From NCBI GenBank assembly GCA_965602015.1, contig OZ271918.1:2880001-2944000 (forward strand): a stretch of 64,000 nucleotides of DNA, in the 5' to 3' direction. Position 1 is the first letter of the stretch. Every line of letters begins with the position of its first letter. The translations under genes and the position numbers were made by a program. Shown in pieces: positions 19,202-27,276 of this stretch. This DNA comes from Salinispira sp. Lineage in GTDB: Bacteria; Spirochaetota; Spirochaetia; DSM-27196; Salinispiraceae. The notes beneath the pieces are model-generated. The model made no database searches and was not told the DNA's origin. It worked only from the letters and a program-made list of their open reading frames with translations.

Positions 19202-20715
19202 TTTCCATCCTTGAGATCCCGGGTAATTGCCTCCGCAGCCCGGCGACCTTCGCCCATGGCGAGGATTACCGTCGCTGCTCCCAGGACAATGTCGCCTCCG
19301 GCATACACGCGGTCCATGGTGCTGCGGTTCTCTTCATCGACCACAATATTGCCCCATTTATTGGTACCCAGATCCTCTGTGGTCTGCCGGATAAGGGGGT
19401 TGCTCACATTGCCGAGGGCGGGGATGACCGTATCCATTTCAAGCTCGAATTCGCTGTTTTCAATCGGCACGGGCCGACGCCGGCCGGAGTCATCGGGTTC
19501 GCCGAGCTCGTACTTTTGAACCTCTATGGCCCGGACCTTGCCCTCTTCGTCGCCGAGAATCCGGGTGGGGTTGTGGAGAAAGTGGAAGCGTATACCCTCT
19601 TCCATGGCATGCTCAATCTCCTCGGCGCGGGCGGGCATTTCTTTCCTGGTTCTACGGTAAATCACATTGACCTCTTCGGCTCCCAGGCGAAGGGCCATTC
19701 GGGCGGCGTCCATGGCGACATTGCCTCCGCCGAGCACCGCAACCTTTTTCGACGGATAAATCGGCGTGTCCACGTGATCCCTGTCATAGGCCTTCATGAG
19801 ATTGCTGCGGGTGAGGTACTCGTTTGCGGAAAAAACCCCGACCAGGTTTTCACCGGGAATGTTCATAAACCGCGGCAGTCCTGCGCCGGAGCCGATAAAA
19901 ATCGCATCAAATCCGTCCTTTTTTATCAGATCTTCAATAGTGCGGGTTCTGCCGATGAGAAAATTCAGGTGAAAGGTGACGCCCATAGCCTCCAGGGTGG
20001 CGATTTCCTTCTCCACTATGGCCTTGGGCAGACGAAACTCGGGAATTCCGTAGATCATGACCCCGCCGGGTTTGTGGAAGGCCTCGAAAATTTCAACCTG
20101 GTGTCCCGCCTTGCGAAGATCCGCCGCCGCCGTGAGTCCCGCGGGTCCCGATCCCACAACCCCGACCTTGAAGCCCGTGTCGGGGCCGGTTTCAGGAACG
20201 CTGACCGTACCATGCTCCCGTTCCCAATCCGCAACATAGCGCTCGATGCGACCGATGGCCACGGACTTCATCGGATCTTTGAGACTCTTGCCGACGGTGC
20301 AGTACTCCATGCATTGAACTTCCTGCGGACAGACCCGGCCGCAGATTGCCGGGAGTAGGCTGCTGGCCTTTATGGCGTTAACAGACCCCTGGAAGTCGCC
20401 GTCCAGAGCCTTTTGAATGAAGGCCGGAATGTCGATGGAAACCGGGCAGCCCTTTATGCAGGGGGCGGTCTTGCACTGGAGGCAGCGGAGGGCTTCAACC
20501 TTCACCTGGTCTTCAAAATAGCCCAGGGCAACCTCGCTTTGGTTTTTCCCCCGCTCTACCGGGTCCTGGGCGGGCATGTCCATCTGGGGCAGCGAGATTC
20601 GGTCCTTTACCTTCAGCTCGTCCTGACGGCCGCCGAACTCGCTCCAGAGTTTTTTCGCCTCTCCGGCAAGGGCTTCAGGGGTTTTATATTCGTGGCTTTC
20701 CATTGCAGTGCTCAT
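19192..20715 (-). CDS. nfnB: NfnB/SudA large subunit of NADH-dependent Fd:NADP+ oxidoreductase (often annotated gltA)
   Basis: RCLQCKTAPCIKGCP, CGRVCPQEVQC, IGRIERY, GIPEFRLPK, GGGNVAMDAAR, GAATVILAMGEG; paired with nfnA. Confidence 0.9.
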   Translation of the reverse strand: MSTAMESHEYKTPEALAGEAKKLWSEFGGRQDELKVKDRISLPQMDMPAQDPVERGKNQSEVALGYFEDQVKVEALRCLQCKTAPCIKGCPVSIDIPAFIQKALDGDFQGSVNAIKASSLLPAICGRVCPQEVQCMEYCTVGKSLKDPMKSVAIGRIERYVADWEREHGTVSVPETGPDTGFKVGVVGSGPAGLTAAADLRKAGHQVEIFEAFHKPGGVMIYGIPEFRLPKAIVEKEIATLEAMGVTFHLNFLIGRTRTIEDLIKKDGFDAIFIGSGAGLPRFMNIPGENLVGVFSANEYLTRSNLMKAYDRDHVDTPIYPSKKVAVLGGGNVAMDAARMALRLGAEEVNVIYRRTRKEMPARAEEIEHAMEEGIRFHFLHNPTRILGDEEGKVRAIEVQKYELGEPDDSGRRRPVPIENSEFELEMDTVIPALGNVSNPLIRQTTEDLGTNKWGNIVVDEENRSTMDRVYAGGDIVLGAATVILAMGEGRRAAEAITRDLKDGKWK

Positions 20716-20793
20716 TATTATGTTCCTCTTTTGAACGCGCCGAAAGGTCGGTAGGCAATGCTCCGGCCGGCTCGGCATCTGTTGTCCGCCGGA

Positions 20794-21684
20794 TTATCCG
20801 GCGTTACCCGCTGCGGCAGGGGATTTTCCCGCTTCGATCCTGCCCTCCGCATTGCCCTTGAGCCCGATATTGCATTTATGGGCCGCTTCCTGCTCGTGCT
20901 TCTTGTAGGCTTTCTGACGGAGCATCATGTTGTCGAAATCAACAAGGTGAGCGTCGAATTCGGGCCCGTCGACGCAGACGAACTTTGTCTCCTCACCGAC
21001 GGTAACCCGGCAGCCCCCGCACATTCCCGTGCCGTCGACCATAATCGTATTGAGGGAGACCAAGGTGTGGACTCCAAAGGGCCGGGTGGTTTCGGCGCAG
21101 AATTTCATCATTATCGGAGGGCCGATGGCGACCACTTCAGCCGGAACGCCGGCTTCGCAGAGCTCCTTGAGGGGCTCGGTCACCAAAGCTTTTCGGCCGT
21201 AGCTACCGTCATCGGTGCAAATAATCACCTCGTCCGACCAGGTATTCATCTCGTCTTCCATGATCAACAGGTCGCGATTCCTGGCGCCCATGATGGTGAT
21301 GACCTTGTTGCCAGCTTTTTTATAGGCCTGAACGATGGGATGCATGGGCGCAACGCCTATTCCGCCGCCCACGCAGACCACGGTCCCCAGCTTTTCTATT
21401 TTCGTCGGGGTGCCCAGGGGACCGAGAACGTTTTTGATATGATCGCCTTCGTTCAGGGCCGCCAGGTTCATGGTGGTCTTGCCAACCGCCTGGAAAATAA
21501 TCGTGATGGTGCCGGCGTTTTCGTCGGCATCAGCGATGGTAAGGGGGATGCGCTCCCCGAAATTAGTGTCGAGCTGAATAATGAGGAATTGCCCGGCTTT
21601 CCGGCCTTCGGCGATAAACGGCGCTTCAAACACCATTTTGAATACGTCGGCGGAAAGCTGTTCCTTTTTTACGATCTTGTTCAT
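20794..21684 (-). CDS. nfnA: NfnA/SudB small subunit (FAD, [2Fe-2S])
   Basis: GERIPLT, GPLG, GGGIG, MVDGTGMCGGCRV…CVDGPEFD. Confidence 0.92.
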   Translation of the reverse strand: MNKIVKKEQLSADVFKMVFEAPFIAEGRKAGQFLIIQLDTNFGERIPLTIADADENAGTITIIFQAVGKTTMNLAALNEGDHIKNVLGPLGTPTKIEKLGTVVCVGGGIGVAPMHPIVQAYKKAGNKVITIMGARNRDLLIMEDEMNTWSDEVIICTDDGSYGRKALVTEPLKELCEAGVPAEVVAIGPPIMMKFCAETTRPFGVHTLVSLNTIMVDGTGMCGGCRVTVGEETKFVCVDGPEFDAHLVDFDNMMLRQKAYKKHEQEAAHKCNIGLKGNAEGRIEAGKSPAAAGNAG

Positions 21685-21800
21685 ATGATCCCTTGCCTCC
21701 TGTGAGGTTTCCCGGACCCTGGTTCCTGGTACGCAAATCCAGCCGGGGAAACCGCCGGTCTCTCGGTTAGAGTAACACGGCCCGGAAAACTGCGCCCCAA

Positions 21801-23594
21801 CTATTTGATAGGCCTATTTGTCAGGTATAAATCAATTCCCTTGGCGGCCGAGTGTCCGTTGGCGATGGCGCTGATGGCATCCCGTTTCCAGTTGGTTATG
21901 TCCCCCCCGGCGAAAATCTTTTCATCGCCGGTGCGTTTATACTCGTCAACTTCGACTATTCCGCCTTTGGGAAAGACCAGATTCGCCGCAATCTCCTCGG
22001 GGATAAAGCTGTAATCCGCCGCCTGGCCGATGGCCGGAATCACCGTATCGCATTCGATGAGCTCTTCGCTGCCCTCGATGAGTTGGGGCCGCGGCCGTCC
22101 GCCGCGGGGATCGGCGACCATTTCAGCCTTGCCCCAGTAGAGTTTGAGTCGGGTCCCGCCCTGAGTCGGATCACCCTTTTCAATCCTCAAGGGAATGGCC
22201 TGGGTGGTGAGAACACAGCCCTCTCCCTGACTTTCGTGAATTTCCTCTTCATCGGCGGGCATGTCTTCCTCCCGCCGGCGGTACAGGATGGTAACCTCGG
22301 CGCCGTACCGTCGACTGGTGCGTGCAGCGTCCATCGCCACGTTACCTCCACCAACCACCACGACGGATTTTCCGATGTCGGGGGTGACGCCGTTGGTCAC
22401 ATCGTCGAGGATCTTTAAACCGGAAATCACCCCTTTGTTTTCCTCACCGGCGATATTCAATCCGTAGGGGTCGTTAAGGCCCGTCGAAAAAAAGATCGCG
22501 TCGTGCTTATCGTAGATATCCTTGAAATCCACATCGACGCCGATGCGCAGATTTTGCTCAATGACAACTCCCAGGCTTCGGATATACTCAACATCCTTGT
22601 CCACCTGATCATAGGGTAGCCGGTACTCCGGGATGCCGTAGCGAAGCATGCCGCCGGCTTTTTCGTTGGCGTCGTACACTGTTACGTCATAGCCCAGAAG
22701 CCGCAGGTAGTATGCCGCCGCCAGACCGCCCGGTCCCGAACCGACGACTCCGATATGCTTTCCGTTGGGCTTCTCTCCGCTTTCCAGAATGCCCTGGTAA
22801 TCATTGAGATAGATTTGATCGACGATGTATCGCTTGAGCCATCGAATACTGATGGCTTCGCCCTTGTGTTTTACCGTGCAGACGTGTTCGCAGGAATGGG
22901 AACACACCCGTCCGCAGCTTGCCGGAAGAGGATTGGCGTTGTACACCACTTTCAAACCTTCGCCCATATCGTCCTTCCTGATTGCATCGATGTACGCCGG
23001 AACGTCCATGTGGGCCGGACAGGTGGCGATGCAGATACCGCAGGCTATGCAGCGGTCGGCCTCTTCCATGGCCTGTTCCTTACTGTACCCCTGCACCATT
23101 TCGACAAAGCTCTTTTGGCTTTCTTCGAAGGAGAGCATGGGCATTTCAACCCGCTTGCCTTCGAGAAGTTCGTAGCCCGGAGCCCGAAAGTAACCTTTCT
23201 CGTCGTTATCCCAGGGCTTGGCGTCATGGCCGGGAACAAAGCGGAACACTTCGGGGTCGCTGTCTATCCAGACATACTCATTGCTCATGCCCAGGCTGCC
23301 GGTGGGGCAAACATCCACGCAGAGGGCGCACCAGCAGCAGCGGCCGTAATCTACCTTCGGGCGCAAACCGGAGTCGCCATGCCGGGCATCCCTGACCGGA
23401 ACCAGATCGATGGCCTCGTTCTGACAGATAGTTTCGCAGGTGCCGCAGCCGACGCATTTGTCGATATCATTTTGATGAAAGCCCCGGTACCGGTCTGCTC
23501 CGGGACGGGTTTCAAGCGGCCGGCGGTTTGTATAGGGCTTGGCAAAGGCGCGCTTCCACACGGAAAACGGCGCAACTATATCTTTCAAACTCAT
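21801..23594 (-). CDS. mbxN: MbxN/NuoI-like 2x[4Fe-4S] domain fused to a GltD-like FAD/NADPH oxidoreductase
   Basis: N-terminal YRGFH, CVGCGTCETIC and CCWCALCVDVCP; then RCIACGICIATCP, CGRVC, GSGPGG, GIPEYRLP, GGGNVAMD, YRRR. Confidence 0.85.
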   Translation of the reverse strand: MSLKDIVAPFSVWKRAFAKPYTNRRPLETRPGADRYRGFHQNDIDKCVGCGTCETICQNEAIDLVPVRDARHGDSGLRPKVDYGRCCWCALCVDVCPTGSLGMSNEYVWIDSDPEVFRFVPGHDAKPWDNDEKGYFRAPGYELLEGKRVEMPMLSFEESQKSFVEMVQGYSKEQAMEEADRCIACGICIATCPAHMDVPAYIDAIRKDDMGEGLKVVYNANPLPASCGRVCSHSCEHVCTVKHKGEAISIRWLKRYIVDQIYLNDYQGILESGEKPNGKHIGVVGSGPGGLAAAYYLRLLGYDVTVYDANEKAGGMLRYGIPEYRLPYDQVDKDVEYIRSLGVVIEQNLRIGVDVDFKDIYDKHDAIFFSTGLNDPYGLNIAGEENKGVISGLKILDDVTNGVTPDIGKSVVVVGGGNVAMDAARTSRRYGAEVTILYRRREEDMPADEEEIHESQGEGCVLTTQAIPLRIEKGDPTQGGTRLKLYWGKAEMVADPRGGRPRPQLIEGSEELIECDTVIPAIGQAADYSFIPEEIAANLVFPKGGIVEVDEYKRTGDEKIFAGGDITNWKRDAISAIANGHSAAKGIDLYLTNRPIK

Positions 23595-23685
23595 GTGCTT
23601 ATCTCCTCGTATCTACAGGCTCGATGCCTGAGGGTTGGGGAACCGGACCCCGATGGGCATTCGCCGCAGCGGCCGGAAACCCGCC

Positions 23686-24879
23686 TCAACGCTCAACCTC
23701 GGGCGGATAGGTGTGCAGGGACACCATAAGGCCCGCGGTATCGGCGATGTTCACACCGATGGACAGCCGCTCCATGAGGGCAACCGCATGGGTGTAGCTG
23801 GGTCCGCGAACGTAGATCCTCCGGGGTTTGTCGCTACCGTCTGTGTTCAAATAAAATCCGTACTCCCCCCTGGTACATTCAGCCTTGCGGTAGGTCTGGC
23901 CGGCTTCGATGCGCCAGTGAAGCACGTTGGGAAGCTGGGTATGGAACTCTCCCTGCCCTGAGCGACTGTCGAGGTGATCCATGATTTGGCGCATAAGATC
24001 GATCGACTGGTACATTTCCCGCAGCCGGACCCGGGCGCGGGCGAAGGCGTCGCCGCCGTCCTCGGTAATTATGTCAAAATCGAGGCGGTCGTATACGCCG
24101 TAGGGCTGGTCCTTCCTCAGGTCGCGGCGGATGCCCGAAGCCCGGGCATTGGGGCCGGTTATTCCGTAGGCGTCGATCATTTCCGGTTCGATGATGCCGA
24201 GTTTCTTCGCCCGGGCCTTAAATACCGCATTGTGGAACATGGCCAGTTCCACATCGTCCAGGGTGCCCTGGACAGTATCCAGAGTTTCCCGCAGACGCTT
24301 GGTCCAACCGATGGGCAGGTCGGCCCGGACGCCGCCGGGAATCATGTACATATGATAAATCCGGCCACCGGAGACTTCCTCGAAGCGGTCCAGCATGTAG
24401 TCCCGCATGGTGACCGTCCATTGGCCCAGGGTTCCCATACCGAATGAACCGGCCTGACCGCCAAGCCACATGAGGAAACTGGTCAGCCGGGACATTTCGA
24501 GTTGGAGGGTCCTTATCCATTTGGCGCGCTCGGGAATCGAAACCCCGGCGAGCTCTTCGGTGACCTCCGCAAAGAGGTACTCGTTAAAGTCCGGCTCGGG
24601 TACTGCGATGCGGCACACGATGGGAAAGCACTGAATGAATTTTCGCCGCTCCATCAGCTTCTCGAAACCCCGGTGCAGATAGCCGACGTGGGTGGTGCAT
24701 TCGACGATTTCCTCGCCGCAGGTGACCAGCTCCAGGCTCATATTGCCGGTAATGCCCGGGTGTTGGGGTCCCTGCCAGACCTTGAGATACTTGCCGCTCT
24801 CCAGGTCGAAGCTCGCCTTTCCGTTTACCAAAGGCGGCAATTTGGGATCGCTATTTATATTCGCCAGATTACTTACCAT
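23686..24879 (-). CDS. mbxL: MbxL/NuoD-like subunit (hydrogenase large-subunit homologue without NiFe ligands)
   Basis: GPQHPG, GYLHRGFEKL, PGGVR, RGE, RGPS; RIAVPE and HTYPPEVER in place of the CxxC motifs. Confidence 0.88.
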   Translation of the reverse strand: MVSNLANINSDPKLPPLVNGKASFDLESGKYLKVWQGPQHPGITGNMSLELVTCGEEIVECTTHVGYLHRGFEKLMERRKFIQCFPIVCRIAVPEPDFNEYLFAEVTEELAGVSIPERAKWIRTLQLEMSRLTSFLMWLGGQAGSFGMGTLGQWTVTMRDYMLDRFEEVSGGRIYHMYMIPGGVRADLPIGWTKRLRETLDTVQGTLDDVELAMFHNAVFKARAKKLGIIEPEMIDAYGITGPNARASGIRRDLRKDQPYGVYDRLDFDIITEDGGDAFARARVRLREMYQSIDLMRQIMDHLDSRSGQGEFHTQLPNVLHWRIEAGQTYRKAECTRGEYGFYLNTDGSDKPRRIYVRGPSYTHAVALMERLSIGVNIADTAGLMVSLHTYPPEVER

Positions 24880-25415
24880 TTCTCAGCCTCCGAGGGGTAC
24901 AGTTCTTTCCTCATGTGTTCCCGGGGGTCGTGGGTTACCCGTCCGGGACGCTCGTAAAAGGTCTCTTCGGAATACTTCCGGGTATCGAAGTCCCTCCGCA
25001 TTGGAGGCAGGCCCTCCCAGCCCTCGAGAATGAAATTCTCGCCCACCCTCGGACTGCCGGGAAAATTGACGCCGAACATCTCAAACAATTCCTGCTCATA
25101 TGTGACTGCAGCGGGCCAAAGATGATGTATGCTGTCCGCCTCTGCCCGCTCCCTGTCGATGGGCACGGTGATGCAGAGGTCAAGTTTGGCGTCATAACTA
25201 TGGAGCATGTACTTCAGATCGAACTTCCCCTCCTCGATGCGGTCGACCGCAGAGAAAAAACTCAAATGGGTGAAGCCCTCAAGCTGCTTCAGGTGAGTGA
25301 TCAGAGCCACAGCATCGGACTGATCGACGACGATGAAGGCCTGATCCTCCCGCTGGCGGTGCACCTGGGTGATTCCGAAGCGCAGCGCCAGCCTGTTGAA
25401 AAATTCCTGTTTCAT
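24873..25415 (-). CDS. mbxK: MbxK/NuoC-like subunit
   Basis: SIHHLWPAA, YEQELFEMFGVNFPG, PPMRRDF. Confidence 0.88.
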   Translation of the reverse strand: MKQEFFNRLALRFGITQVHRQREDQAFIVVDQSDAVALITHLKQLEGFTHLSFFSAVDRIEEGKFDLKYMLHSYDAKLDLCITVPIDRERAEADSIHHLWPAAVTYEQELFEMFGVNFPGSPRVGENFILEGWEGLPPMRRDFDTRKYSEETFYERPGRVTHDPREHMRKELYPSEAEKW

Positions 25416-25436
25416 ATCCGGTTCTCCTCGCTCCGC

Positions 25437-26291
25437 CTACCAGTTGTAGTCCGGCATATTCCAGTCTTTGATGATCCGCTTCTGGTTGGCTTTGTACCAA
25501 TCGAAATTCTCGGCGTAGAGGTTCGCCCCCTCGCCCTTGCCGTCGCGGATCCTGTTCTTTAGCTGATTGATTCCCGCAAGGAGCGCCTCGGGACGGGGCA
25601 TGCAGCCGGTGACGTACACGTCCACCGGTATGTAGTGATCCAAACGGTTTACCGTATTGTAGCTGTCCCAGTACATTCCGCCGTTAATGGTGCAGCTTCC
25701 AAGGCCCATGACGAATTTCGGTCCCTGCATCTGCTCATAGGATCGGACGATGCGCTTCATGGTTTTTACGCTGGCATATCCGCCGATGATAAACAGGCCG
25801 GACTGACGGGGAGTGGGCCGGGCCTGGACCCCGTACTGATACATGTCGAAGCGGCTGGTCATCAGGGGGCGCAATTCGATTGCGCCGCATCCCGTTCCGA
25901 AGCCCAGAATCCACAGGGATTCGCTCCGCGCCCAGTTCAGGAAGTTTTCCCAGATGCCCCGGAAGGGCTTGGCGACTTCGGGCTTTTGGTCGCAGAAATG
26001 CATGCGGTCCCAGTCGGGCAGGTCCCGGTTCAGCAGGCGGCCGTTTTCATCATAGAGAGGAACGTTTTCACCGCCGGCTGCCCAGAGGTCGGCCTGTCGG
26101 GACCGATGGTCGGCGGAATTGCCGTCGGCCCATTTTTTCGGCAGGGTCCTCAGGTCGGGGTTTTCCACCGGGGTTCCCAGGTAGTTTGTCATATCGGGAA
26201 TGCGGGAACCGTGGACCTCGGGGGTTGCCAGGGGATTGCCCGCTTTGCTCAGACGCTGTCCGTCATGGTCTTTTACCAGTTCAGTACTCAC
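25437..26291 (-). CDS. mbxJ: MbxJ/NuoB-like Fe-S subunit with N-terminal extension
   Basis: GTGCGAIE, RFD, TPRQ, YEQMQGPKFVMGLGSC, PVDVYVTGCMPRPE. Confidence 0.88.
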   Translation of the reverse strand: MSTELVKDHDGQRLSKAGNPLATPEVHGSRIPDMTNYLGTPVENPDLRTLPKKWADGNSADHRSRQADLWAAGGENVPLYDENGRLLNRDLPDWDRMHFCDQKPEVAKPFRGIWENFLNWARSESLWILGFGTGCGAIELRPLMTSRFDMYQYGVQARPTPRQSGLFIIGGYASVKTMKRIVRSYEQMQGPKFVMGLGSCTINGGMYWDSYNTVNRLDHYIPVDVYVTGCMPRPEALLAGINQLKNRIRDGKGEGANLYAENFDWYKANQKRIIKDWNMPDYNW

Positions 26292-26301
26292 ATTTCACTC
26301 C

Positions 26302-27276
26302 TTAAATCATCTGCAGGACCACCGCGGCGATTCCTATGAGGGTCGGAACCCCGAGGAAGAAGCGGATGGACTGGTCGGTGCGGAACCGGGGGAAGCTGGC
26401 TCCCACGATGACGGTGTAGAGATAAATCAGGAAGGTCTTGAGGATCATAATCCCCAGGCCTCCGACGACATTCATAAAGGCCCAGCCTCCCTCGAACAGG
26501 GTCAGCACCGGCGCCCCGCCCCAGAACAGGTTCATAAAAAGCACCAGTTTTGCGCCTTGGAAAACCGCCCGGTTGGTTTGAAGCATTCCCAGAAAGCTGG
26601 ACTGCATTTCCGTAGGAGGACCAATGGGGATTTCCTGGGGGGCGATGACGACGCTGAAAGGGTTGCCCATACTCATCCCGAGGAAGGCAAGCATGCCGGC
26701 GGCCATGGCCAGGGGATTGGTAAACGCGGTCCACCTTGTCACGTCCAGGACTCCCGAGCCCTGCTGGGCAGCGACGATCTCGGTAATGTTGAAGCTGCCG
26801 TACTGGGCGACAATGGCGATCACCGCAAGCGCGAAGGGCAGCTCGAAAGCGGTCATCTGTGCAAGCCCGCGGCTGACTCCGATTGGGCTGTAGGGGTGGC
26901 CGCTCTCGCTGGCGCCCAGAGCCATCCCCAGCTGTCCGAAGAAAATAAAATACATCACCAACAGCAGATCGCCGGAAAAAGACAGATTGGCGAACAGCGC
27001 CGACCCGTAGATCACCGGAATGAACATATATGTACCGATCCCGCCGGCCAGGCGGAAGACCGGGCCCAAATAGAACATGACGCCGTGATTGATGGCGTGG
27101 CGCCGGGCGTTATTCTTTATGATATCGATGTACGGCTGATACACCGGCTGACCGATTCGGCCCTGGACCTTGGCCCGAACCCGGGCCATGGTACCCATCA
27201 AGAGCAGACCGTAGTTGAGCACCACGAAGAGACTAATCGCGGCGTAGAGTATTTTTATCGGAATTTGACCGATCAT
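26302..27276 (-). CDS. mbxM: MbxM/NuoH-like membrane subunit
   Basis: AKVQGRIG, QPYIDIIK, PF…APQEI..GP.TE, FPRFR.DQ. Confidence 0.9.
   Translation of the reverse strand: MIGQIPIKILYAAISLFVVLNYGLLLMGTMARVRAKVQGRIGQPVYQPYIDIIKNNARRHAINHGVMFYLGPVFRLAGGIGTYMFIPVIYGSALFANLSFSGDLLLVMYFIFFGQLGMALGASESGHPYSPIGVSRGLAQMTAFELPFALAVIAIVAQYGSFNITEIVAAQQGSGVLDVTRWTAFTNPLAMAAGMLAFLGMSMGNPFSVVIAPQEIPIGPPTEMQSSFLGMLQTNRAVFQGAKLVLFMNLFWGGAPVLTLFEGGWAFMNVVGGLGIMILKTFLIYLYTVIVGASFPRFRTDQSIRFFLGVPTLIGIAAVVLQMI

Noticed and set aside
19192..20715. Glutamate synthase small subunit
   Set aside because: No gltB is adjacent, and pairing with an NfnA/SudB gene indicates NfnAB.
21706..21753. Hairpin between mbxN and nfnA as a terminator
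   Set aside because: Imperfect stem with a long loop and no U-tract; at most a processing or stability element.
23595..23688. Selenocysteine read-through at the mbxL TGA
   Set aside because: The protein ends at the normal NuoD-type terminal Arg, and there is no convincing SECIS or conserved extension.
23686..26291. Calling the cluster a group 4 [NiFe]-hydrogenase or a canonical Nuo complex I
   Set aside because: No CxxC NiFe motifs, no maturation genes in the window, no NuoA or NuoEFG, and Mrp-type small subunits are present instead.
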